Of a DNA stretch of 20,000 nucleotides, positions 1-7,596 are shown one piece after another. The position numbers were made by a program, and so were the translations under genes. Positions within the stretch are counted from its first letter, which is position 1. Each line of letters starts with the position of its first letter. The notes under the pieces are model-generated. The model saw only the letters and a program-made list of their open reading frames with translations, had not been told where the DNA came from and ran no database searches. The DNA is from Mesotaenium endlicherianum (lineage: Eukaryota), in contig WELA01000232.1 of assembly GCA_009602735.1 (NCBI GenBank), positions 53,524 to 73,523 on the forward strand. Reading direction: 5' to 3'.

Positions 1-1
1 G

Positions 2-1099
2 CTAGGTTATGGGCCGGTGGTGCTAGGACACTCGAATGAACAATTCAATGAAAGAATTTTAACATTGCTCCCCGAAGGAATTCATTTTCCGGGATTCAGT
101 GTTCATCATGATGCATACCTTAAAGCGTTGTTTCATAATATGAAGGTAACAGACGACTTATTGACAATTTTTATGAAGACGTCTTCAGAGTCTAATACAG
201 GGGCAATGCGTATCGCCGCTGAAGCGACTAAACGAAAAGGAGTCATTAGATGTGGTTTCACTGGATGGCACGATGCTCAATATGCCAGTTCAGTTCCTTG
301 GCATTTTCCACCCGCATTCAGAAATACTGTTAGAAACATCGGGAACATGAGAGGCATCAGTAACGAAGAAGAGGTTTTTAACTGGGATACCTTGCAGACT
401 ACCCAACTTGAAGAACTGCTGAAATTGAAAAGTCATCAGATTTCTTCTCTGATCTTTGATTCGTATCAATTGTCTTTTATTACTGAAGACGATTTAAGAC
501 AGGCAATCTGCCTTTGCCGCAAATACGATATTCTAATCATTTTAGACGAAACTAAGTCTGCAGGTCGAGTAGGACCTCTTGGTTGTTTAGGTCAGGAAAC
601 TGAACTATGGGACATGCTAGTGACTGGAAAGGCAATTGCCAACGGCGCGCCGTTAAGTTTGCTGATAGTAAAAGAGCATCTACGCGAGGCCACCATAAAA
701 GCGCAAGTTGGTGGCACGCATTCGAAGGAAGTTATGTCAATATACTGTGCATTAACCACCTTGGAAATAATGAATGAATCTAACGGATATGCGACGCTCA
801 GAACCATTGGCGAAAGGACCTCAACAATATTTAATGAAATTGTGCATGAGTGTGGGTTGAACGAGCTTATAAAAATGTCTCCCATCCTGGGGGGAGCTTT
901 AGTTGATATCACATTAGCCGATAGGTTATACAATAACCCTCAAACATTGAAATTGCTTCAAACATTTTTTTTAGATAATTCTATCTTGCTTCTGGTTGGT
1001 CATCCTTCTTTCATCTCCTTAGCGCATAGCGGAATGGATTGGAACGAATGGCGTTCGCAGATATTCAAATCCTTAGCTAAATGGAAAAAAGTGCTTTGA
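2..1099 (+). CDS. PLP-dependent class III aminotransferase (GSA-aminomutase-like), 5' end outside the window
   Basis: The frame is open from base 2 (LGYGPVVLGHS, the typical N-terminal motif). It also has GFTGWHD, ILILDETKSAGR and the PLP-lysine motif DMLVTGKAIANGAPLS, followed by GGTH. Confidence 0.85.
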   Translation, partial: LGYGPVVLGHSNEQFNERILTLLPEGIHFPGFSVHHDAYLKALFHNMKVTDDLLTIFMKTSSESNTGAMRIAAEATKRKGVIRCGFTGWHDAQYASSVPWHFPPAFRNTVRNIGNMRGISNEEEVFNWDTLQTTQLEELLKLKSHQISSLIFDSYQLSFITEDDLRQAICLCRKYDILIILDETKSAGRVGPLGCLGQETELWDMLVTGKAIANGAPLSLLIVKEHLREATIKAQVGGTHSKEVMSIYCALTTLEIMNESNGYATLRTIGERTSTIFNEIVHECGLNELIKMSPILGGALVDITLADRLYNNPQTLKLLQTFFLDNSILLLVGHPSFISLAHSGMDWNEWRSQIFKSLAKWKKVL

Positions 1100-1215
1100 A
1101 AATGATTAAGCAATGCTATGGCATTCAACGAAATATCGACGAGAACGCTGATGGATTTCGGTGTAATTTCATAAAAAACTGATCAACTATAATACAATTC
1201 GTGCGAAAGTGTCGG

Positions 1216-2132
1216 TGTAAATCGTCAGCAAAATCTGGACTGAAAGTTATCTAAATTTATGGACAGTTTCCATTGTTAACCTTAAACCCAAGAAGTATGG
1301 AAACGAATCAAAAACAGTCCACAGAGAACTTCATCAAGGAGGTACGTCGTAAAACCCGTAGGCAGTTTACCTCCGAACAAAAGATCCTGATTGTAATGGA
1401 AGCTATGCGTGGAGAATTATCTACGGCCGCCATTTGCCGCAAGTATGGCATTAACAACAACCTGTTCTACAAATGGAACAAGGAGTTCATGGAAGCCGGC
1501 AAGAAACGCTTACACGGGGACAGCGAACGTCAGGCGACTACCGATGAAGTAACAGAATTACGTAAGGAAAACCAACGGCTTAAAGAGATGGTGGCCGATC
1601 TGATGCTGAAGTATGATTTTGTAAAAAAAAGCTTGTCCATGCTGGAATAAGCGACAAATACCAAAAGCATATGCGACTGAATCCATCGGAAAAACTGGAG
1701 ATCATCCATCTGGTAGAAGGGTCTGATCTTAGCGTAAACAGAACGCTGCGGCAGCTGGGGATTAATAAGAGTACCTTTTACAACTGGTACCACCTCTATG
1801 AACAAAAAGGCCCGGAAGGATTGTATCCCCTGCCAGCCAGTACCCGTCAGCAATGGAACAGTATCCCGCAGCAGCAAAAGAACCTGGTGGTGGAACTGGC
1901 TTTGGAATATCCTGAACTGTCTCCAAGAGAACTGGCCTGCAGGCTCTGCGATGCCCAGCAGCTATTTATCTCTGAGAGTAGTGTTTACCGCATACTCAAA
2001 GCCAAGGGGCTGGTTACCACACCTAATCATATCCTGATGGCGGCAGGCAATGAGTTTGACCAGAAAACGATGTTTGTTCATCAGATGTGGCAGACCGACT
2101 TTACATATTTTAAGATCCTGGGATGGGGTTGG
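1216..2132 (+). mobile_element. IS3-family element, right part deleted
   Basis: Left end TGTAAATCGTCAGCAAAATCTGGAC at 1216. OrfA and OrfB are in 0/-1 frames with an A8G slippery site at 1623-1631. OrfB stops after WQTDFTYFKILGWGW. I found no right inverted repeat. Confidence 0.85.
1297..1650 (+). CDS. IS3 transposase OrfA (HTH)
   Basis: RRQFTSEQKILIV...ICRKYGI..NLFYKW HTH followed by a leucine zipper (ELRKENQRLKEMVADL). ATG at 1297 is the likely start. Confidence 0.9.
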   Translation: METNQKQSTENFIKEVRRKTRRQFTSEQKILIVMEAMRGELSTAAICRKYGINNNLFYKWNKEFMEAGKKRLHGDSERQATTDEVTELRKENQRLKEMVADLMLKYDFVKKSLSMLE

Positions 2133-2135
2133 TAG
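1623..2135 (+). pseudogene. IS3 transposase OrfB (integrase core), truncated after the first catalytic Asp
   Basis: HTH plus ISESSVYRILK plus MWQTDFTY. The second D and the E of the DDE triad are missing and a TAG follows at 2133-2135. Confidence 0.85.
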
Positions 2136-2743
2136 ATGCGTCAGATGACTCTTCCTATGAAAGTAGCAGCAAATCGATTTTCGAAGAAGCTGAGATTTTG
2201 AACACCAAAGCACTTCAGCGAATACAAATGAGACTACAGACTGTCTCAAATAGCAAAAACATTGAAGTACAGTTCAGTACGTCATTGGAACCAAACCCCG
2301 GAGATAATTACGCCATTGTGAGTGGGGATGATTCGGTATGGGTGAATGGCGTTCTTTTTAAGCTTTCTGAATGTATTAATTCAGCACAGGAACAGCCCTC
2401 CATCGTTAAGCATTTGGGCACTCTCCAAACAATAACTGTGATAACTTTCCTTATTATCTACTTTCGTATCTGGTATGACAACGTTGAAAAATTAAACAAT
2501 GACTGGATAAGGCTACTTTTTTTTGTTGTTCTTCCTTTTATAATACTCCTCCTCTCAATTGAGTTAGTCAAGTACTTGAAAAGCATGTGGCCTGACATGG
2601 AACTTCAAACTGGTCCAAACTATTCTCAGATACCTTCAAAAAAAAGAGAGAAAGTCAAATGGATAGTAACAATAATTGTAGTACCGCTTCTAGTTGGGTT
2701 TGTATATGACATATTGAAGAATTGGCTTCGATTGTTCAAATAA
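2133..2743 (+). pseudogene. 3' remnant of a membrane protein gene (about three C-terminal TM helices) whose 5' end was lost at the IS junction
   Basis: The tracked ATG (2123) lies inside IS OrfB. Hydrophobic segments are ITVITFLIIYF, LLFFVVLPFIILLLSI and WIVTIIVVPLLVGFVY. Confidence 0.55.
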
Positions 2744-2774
2744 CCGTTGTTTAACTATCACCTATATTGCAACC

Positions 2775-2906
2775 ATGAACGAAGATCTGAGCGGTGCACT
2801 GAGCGGTGCACTGAGCAGGAATACGACGCAGTTGGTGAAGGCCATTACCCCTTTCAGCTACGAGGCCTTTAATTGCAGGCCGCCGGAGGGTGGTTGGACC
2901 GCTGGC
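2775..2906 (+). pseudogene. DinB-family protein, N-terminal fragment
   Basis: FSYEAFNCRPPEGGWTAG matches the DinB_2-type N-terminal motif. Similarity ends exactly where QVxEH is expected. Confidence 0.7.
2787..2816 (+). repeat. 12-bp tandem repeat CTGAGCGGTGCA x2.5
   Basis: Read directly; it encodes LSGA-LSGA-LS in frame. Confidence 0.95.
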
Positions 2907-3025
2907 ATACCGGTAAGTTCCTTTCATGAATCGGATCATTGTTACTACATGCAAAACATAGCAAATTAAAAATCAAAGAAATATTGATTAAAACTTCCGA
3001 ACTTACCTTCTTTGGACGGTAAATT

Positions 3026-4372
3026 TTGCCAGCCATTCATATGCATCGGATGATCAAACCATTCATCGAACATAGCACGGCCAACGAAGACATCCTTCTC
3101 TACGAAGGAGATATGACTTTTTATACAGGATTTGGCATGTTTCCGGAATTGAAGTGCACGGGTAAAGCCGTCTACGAGTGGCTACCCTTCCCGCGGGTGA
3201 TGTATTATTTCCAGAAATACGATGTCCATGGCTTGATCATTTCCGAGGAGCAGAAAATATTTCATAAACCGCTTGCGGCGCGGACGGTAATTCATACACT
3301 TCATGAAACTGCGCTTCATAGTGTTGAAGCATACATTGACTCCTATGAAACGGGCGACAGGTACAAACAATTTGATTTTCTGCAATACCGATTAGCCAAC
3401 CTCTTCGGGTTTGGTTTTGCGAAAAACGAAAAGCGTGATATCACCGAAGAGCAGGACTACTTCATAACATTCACGATCAATGACTATGAATTGTCGCTTC
3501 AGCATTTTATGCATGAGGCAAAAACACAATCGATTATTAGGGGTGGTTTTATGTTGACAGGCGCGGTGGAAATCAGAAAGACGGGAAAAAAGATATCGCT
3601 AAGTGAGGCTGATGAATTGATGGAGATATTCAGGAAGTACCTGTCTTTTTTTAACGGCCACATGATTACTCCTGCCATCGTTTCAGGTGTAGTGGAAAAT
3701 CAGGTTACATACCAATCCTTTCGCTCAATACATGATGCTGAAAGTTTCTCACCTACCATGTCATGGTTGCCTCGATATGCCCATAAAAAGCAGCTTGACG
3801 CAAGTTGGAAGAAATTTTATGCTTTTTACCAGACCAAGAATGAAAAAGATTGCCTTGAATTGGTCATACATTGGTATCTGGTCAGTTTATATACAAAAAG
3901 TGGCGTAGAAGCGTCGCTGGTTTTAATTCAGAACGCACTTGAACTGTTGTGTTCCTGGATATTGGTCGAGCGGGAATTTATATTAGATAAAAATGACAAT
4001 GACATTTCAGCGGCCTCTAAAATTAATATACTCTTGACTTGGGCTGGTATTCTCAACAAAATTCCAGATGCATTGAAGCACTTGACTGGGTTTGCAAATT
4101 CTAATAATATTTTATCAGGACCTGAAGCCATTACACATATCCGGAACAAAATGGTTCACCCGGATTTGAAAAACAGGAAACGGTACAGAGAATTTACTTT
4201 CCCGGTTAAATATGAAGCATTGCAGATGGCATTGAATTATTGTGAACTGGTATTGCTTCGGTTATTAGAGTATAATGACGGGTATCGTAGTCGTATCAAT
4301 AGAAATGCTATCAGCGACAAAATTGGCGCAGATCCTTTCGTTCCGTGGAACAAGGAAGAAAAGGTTGATTGA
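3026..4372 (+). CDS. Large protein with a C-terminal HEPN-like RxxxxH motif (ApeA/YopA-like architecture), candidate defence RNase; start may be ATG 3041 or 3050
   Basis: 448-aa ORF with a beta-rich N-terminus and a helical C-terminus containing HWYLxS...QNALELL and AITHIRNKMVHP (R-N-K-M-V-H). Confidence 0.65.
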   Translation: MPAIHMHRMIKPFIEHSTANEDILLYEGDMTFYTGFGMFPELKCTGKAVYEWLPFPRVMYYFQKYDVHGLIISEEQKIFHKPLAARTVIHTLHETALHSVEAYIDSYETGDRYKQFDFLQYRLANLFGFGFAKNEKRDITEEQDYFITFTINDYELSLQHFMHEAKTQSIIRGGFMLTGAVEIRKTGKKISLSEADELMEIFRKYLSFFNGHMITPAIVSGVVENQVTYQSFRSIHDAESFSPTMSWLPRYAHKKQLDASWKKFYAFYQTKNEKDCLELVIHWYLVSLYTKSGVEASLVLIQNALELLCSWILVEREFILDKNDNDISAASKINILLTWAGILNKIPDALKHLTGFANSNNILSGPEAITHIRNKMVHPDLKNRKRYREFTFPVKYEALQMALNYCELVLLRLLEYNDGYRSRINRNAISDKIGADPFVPWNKEEKVD

Positions 4373-4378
4373 GATTTT

Positions 4379-4753
4379 TTATGCGATTTGCTGAAAACGA
4401 TCAATGATCTGTTTAAGCCTTTCCCTTTGAATGGGCAAAAAACGAAACCGCTCATCAATGACTTTGTGAAGAAGGGGCTTGGATACGGAGCTTGCGTTTA
4501 ACAAAAAATATTTATTCAACAACCATACGGCAGCCGTATCCCGTTTGTCCATTAAATTATTACTGAAGAGTGCCTGCAGGAAATCTCCTGCTACCACAGC
4601 TTTAACGGCTGGATTTTGCTCTGTAACAAGTGTTGACACGCCACGTTCCGAAAAAATGCCTGGAGTAAACCCATCGGCATCGAGACATTCGTAGATAACT
4701 TCTCCTGTGACAGACAACTCTTTATAGTTGTGCTGGATGAGTTTCGCGGTCAT
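4379..4753 (-). CDS. Hypothetical protein, convergent with the HEPN-like gene, possibly 5'-truncated
   Basis: 124-aa ORF ending 6 bp from the stop of 3026..4372; its start lies at the edge of the insert. Confidence 0.5.
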   Translation of the reverse strand: MTAKLIQHNYKELSVTGEVIYECLDADGFTPGIFSERGVSTLVTEQNPAVKAVVAGDFLQALFSNNLMDKRDTAAVWLLNKYFLLNASSVSKPLLHKVIDERFRFLPIQRERLKQIIDRFQQIA

Positions 4754-4770
4754 TCTGCTCCAGGTATGCC

Positions 4771-5052
4771 GGCCTCAGTGACCCAACCCGCAAATTCACC
4801 GCCCTCGCCTTCATCCTGCCCACCGAAACGGCCAAGGAAGCTGGAGCGATGGCCGACCGCATATTGAGCCAGCGCCGCCTGATTGCGCAAATGTCCCTGA
4901 AGCAGGACATGAATCGATTGTATTCATTGTACCCCCACCCCGCCATCGGCCTGATGACCGGTACCGAATGGATTCAATTTCTGATCTTGCACGCCGAAAG
5001 GCATTTAAAACAGTTATCAGGTTTTTTGACACAAAAATCAACTGTCAAATAG
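4771..5052 (+). pseudogene. DinB-family protein, C-terminal fragment
   Basis: In frame 1: LSDPTRKFTALAFILP...HPAIGLMTGTEWIQFLILHAERHLKQL, with the DinB HxxRH metal ligands. Confidence 0.75.
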
Positions 5053-5059
5053 ATTATAC

Positions 5060-5449
5060 TCAATCTCTTTCCACCAGTGTAGACTCCGGCGTCCTCGTTA
5101 TCATAACATAGCCATATTCTATGGTACGCCAGGCCAGGTTATAGCAGTTATGATAGTCCCCGAATATATGCGTCATAAAATGGAAATCAAACCCCTTACG
5201 TTCTAATGCCTCGGCTTTGATCTTAACCCGGACCTCATCTTTAATCACTTTTTTCAGGATCTCGTAATTCCGCTTCAGCTTCTTATTGACCCGCCCCAGT
5301 TCCAGCGTTTCCTGTTTCCGCAGTTCGTTAAAGAACTTGTTTTTATGTTCTTCATCGCAGAACTTCTTATTGCTCCTCCACTCAGGTATTTCCTTACCAC
5401 ACCACCTACAGGGGTGTTCGATTTTTCGCTTCCGGCTTTGTGTTGCCAT
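5060..5449 (-). CDS. Bacteroidota Zn-ribbon protein (DUF2116-like), putative DNA-binding protein
   Basis: CRWCGKEI...R.NKKFCDEEHKNKFFN, then NKKLKRNYEILK and KGFDF..T, a pattern conserved in this family. The fourth ligand is His. Confidence 0.7.
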   Translation of the reverse strand: MATQSRKRKIEHPCRWCGKEIPEWRSNKKFCDEEHKNKFFNELRKQETLELGRVNKKLKRNYEILKKVIKDEVRVKIKAEALERKGFDFHFMTHIFGDYHNCYNLAWRTIEYGYVMITRTPESTLVERD

Positions 5450-5491
5450 AGGGAAATCAGTTGATTACCCGAATCTACACAAAAGAAGACA

Positions 5492-5522
5492 GAATTAAAC
5501 CGGTTTGAAACGGTTTTAATTC
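5492..5522. promoter_or_regulatory. Imperfect palindrome with tandem AAAC(C)GGTTT boxes in the divergent intergenic region
   Basis: GAATTAAACCG-GTTTGAAA-CGGTTTTAATTC. Confidence 0.5.
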
Positions 5523-5585
5523 CGTGTAACACAGGTTGATTCTCCGGCCCGTCCAAGCTTTGCAGTAACCAAACGGATTAAAGCC

Positions 5586-5915
5586 ATGAAAACGCAAAAC
5601 ACAGTACAGCTCATCGGCTACCTCGGACTGGATCCCATTTTACGCACCGCCATCAATGGCTCCAAACTGGCCCGTTTCAGGGTCGCAACCGACTATTTCC
5701 GCCGCCATAAAGACGGCTCAGTAACCAAAAAAGTGACTTGGCACAATGTGCTGGCATGGGACTGGCTCGCCGAAAAAATACCCGGCAATTTCATCAAGGG
5801 CAGCCATGTCCTCATCAAAGGCGAAATCCGCCACCGCAAATTCAAAAACAAATCCGGCAAGCTGCAGTCCATCACCGAAGTGCGCGCATCGGAACTCCTA
5901 AACCTTGATCGTTAA
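5586..5915 (+). CDS. ssb: Single-stranded DNA-binding protein, OB fold only, no acidic tail
   Basis: NTVQLIGYLGLDP, FRVAT, TWHNVLAW and KGSHVLIKGEIRHRKF motifs. Confidence 0.92.
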   Translation: MKTQNTVQLIGYLGLDPILRTAINGSKLARFRVATDYFRRHKDGSVTKKVTWHNVLAWDWLAEKIPGNFIKGSHVLIKGEIRHRKFKNKSGKLQSITEVRASELLNLDR

Positions 5916-5933
5916 TCACCCAACCATTCTGCC

Positions 5934-6503
5934 ATGCCAGCAAAAAGAAATACCATGCCCTACCGCGGCGTCAAACGGGTCTCCGGTTGGGGATGCCAGT
6001 TTGATTCACTGACCGAGCTCAAATACGCCATGTCTATTATGGAGGATTACTATTTTCTCCGTTCACCGGTTTCTATCTACTATCATCCGGGTACAAAAAT
6101 TACCATTGACCAGGTTCGCAGGTGTCATCTGCGCTACACACCGGATTTCCTGATCCGCCACAAGCAAACCTTCGAAGCATATCTGATTGAAATCAAACCC
6201 CGCGTATTTCAAAATCACCCGCAGTTGGTTTTACGCAAAGCCATCGCAGAAAATTACATCGCCCGGAAAAGGCTTGACTGGCGATACAAGGTCGTTTTTG
6301 ACGACGAGGTCATATTAAACTCAGACCAACTGGACGCCTTTAATACCTGCCCATCATTGCACACCAAGCAGGAAGTAGCTAATTGGTTCAACGATTACTG
6401 TCTTCGGGTGGGCCATACCTTCCCGGATAATCTATTGACAGACCTGGTCATCTCTGGCCCATCTGCCAAGACACCCAAATGGAAACAAATGCGCTTACTC
6501 TAA
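5934..6503 (+). CDS. TnsA-like PD-(D/E)XK endonuclease
   Basis: FDSLTELKY...YTPDFLI...LIEIKP. Confidence 0.8.
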   Translation: MPAKRNTMPYRGVKRVSGWGCQFDSLTELKYAMSIMEDYYFLRSPVSIYYHPGTKITIDQVRRCHLRYTPDFLIRHKQTFEAYLIEIKPRVFQNHPQLVLRKAIAENYIARKRLDWRYKVVFDDEVILNSDQLDAFNTCPSLHTKQEVANWFNDYCLRVGHTFPDNLLTDLVISGPSAKTPKWKQMRLL

Positions 6504-6514
6504 AAATCAACCCG

Positions 6515-7039
6515 ATGTTCATCAATACATATACCCACAAATCACAGATGGTCTATTACAAAGGCCACGTGCTTGATTCGCTCCTCGAATTAAAATATGT
6601 GCTGACTATTGAAGACACGCATGCCTGGCTGCGCGACGGACTGGAGATTTACTACGACTTGGAAAAGTTGACGCCCGGTTTGAAAGAACACCTGAACTGC
6701 TACCGTCCCGACTTCCTGATCCGCAACTGGCAGACAGTTCAGGCAGAGTTGATTGAGTTAAAGCCTGCCGGGTTCTGCGACGACAATCGCCATAGAAACA
6801 GACGGATCACCTCCGAGTGCATGGCCGGCTTCGCTTACGATTGGAATTACCACTACGTGTATGGTTCACAAATAAACTTGTCGGACGACCAGCAGCAAAA
6901 ATTCCGCGATGTGCTGCGCACGCAGGGCGACTGGCGACACAAGCCCTGCATACATTTATTACAAAATACCTCCACGCTTTCCGACACCCAGTACAGGGAA
7001 TTTGTAATGACGGGTCGGTTGCCCGCTTCCATCGCCTGA
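6515..7039 (+). CDS. Second TnsA-like PD-(D/E)XK endonuclease, paralog of the upstream gene; alternative start 6479
   Basis: LDSLLELKY...YRPDFLIR...LIELKP. Confidence 0.8.
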   Translation: MFINTYTHKSQMVYYKGHVLDSLLELKYVLTIEDTHAWLRDGLEIYYDLEKLTPGLKEHLNCYRPDFLIRNWQTVQAELIELKPAGFCDDNRHRNRRITSECMAGFAYDWNYHYVYGSQINLSDDQQQKFRDVLRTQGDWRHKPCIHLLQNTSTLSDTQYREFVMTGRLPASIA

Positions 7040-7121
7040 TCGGGCCTGCTTGCGACGCTCCGTTCATCTGTATCGCACCATTCTTACTGTATCCCTGCTT
7101 ACATCATTGCAACGATTCCTA

Positions 7122-7155
7122 ATCAACCCCTCCGCCCGGCGGCGAGGGGATTGAT
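7122..7155. promoter_or_regulatory. GC-rich stem-loop upstream of the second ssb
   Basis: ATCAA-CCCCTC-CGCC-cggc-GGCG-AGGGG-A-TTGAT, an imperfect hairpin with no U-tract. Confidence 0.5.
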
Positions 7156-7197
7156 CAGCAATCTCCTGCACCAATTATTCATTCTAAAAAACACATT

Positions 7198-7575
7198 ATG
7201 GAATTCACAGGAAGAATCACCGCAGACGCAAAGGTGAGCACAGTCAAAGCAGACAAAGAAGTAGTCAACTTCTCAGTGGCAATCAACGACCGCTACCGCT
7301 CTAAAGGTTCAAACGAAACCAAGGAGTTCGTCACATTCATCAATGTGGCCTGGTGGATGGGACCTGGGATCGCAAAGATCCTTCGCAAAGGAGCCATCGT
7401 CACCGTCACAGGACGCTTGTACGTAACGGCTTACAAAGACATGCAGGGCGAAGCCAAAGCCAGCATCAACTGCCACGCCAGCGAAATCAAACTGGTTCAT
7501 TCGAAGAAATCAGAGGGACAGGCTGAAACAAACCCGGTCGAGGTCGCCGAACCAGTAGAAGACCTCCCCTTTTAA
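7198..7575 (+). CDS. ssb: Single-stranded DNA-binding protein, ICE/plasmid type, with acidic tail
   Basis: GRITADA, VVNFSVAIN, KGAIVTVTGRL and C-terminal EDLPF. Confidence 0.92.
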   Translation: MEFTGRITADAKVSTVKADKEVVNFSVAINDRYRSKGSNETKEFVTFINVAWWMGPGIAKILRKGAIVTVTGRLYVTAYKDMQGEAKASINCHASEIKLVHSKKSEGQAETNPVEVAEPVEDLPF

Positions 7576-7596
7576 TCACTCTTTAAATCAATCAAA

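Noticed and set aside
2912..3007. Retron ncRNA or integron attC site
   Set aside because: No reverse transcriptase or integron integrase is in the window, and there are no RYYYAAC/GTTRRRY boxes.
2901..4773. Phase-variable inversion that restores DinB
   Set aside because: Flipping the segment gives WTAG-IPGAE-stop at the left junction, and the missing middle of DinB is not inside the insert.
5934..7039. Tn7-like transposon or CAST
   Set aside because: Only TnsA-like domains are present; I see no TnsB DDE, TnsC ATPase, TniQ, cas genes or Tn7 end repeats.
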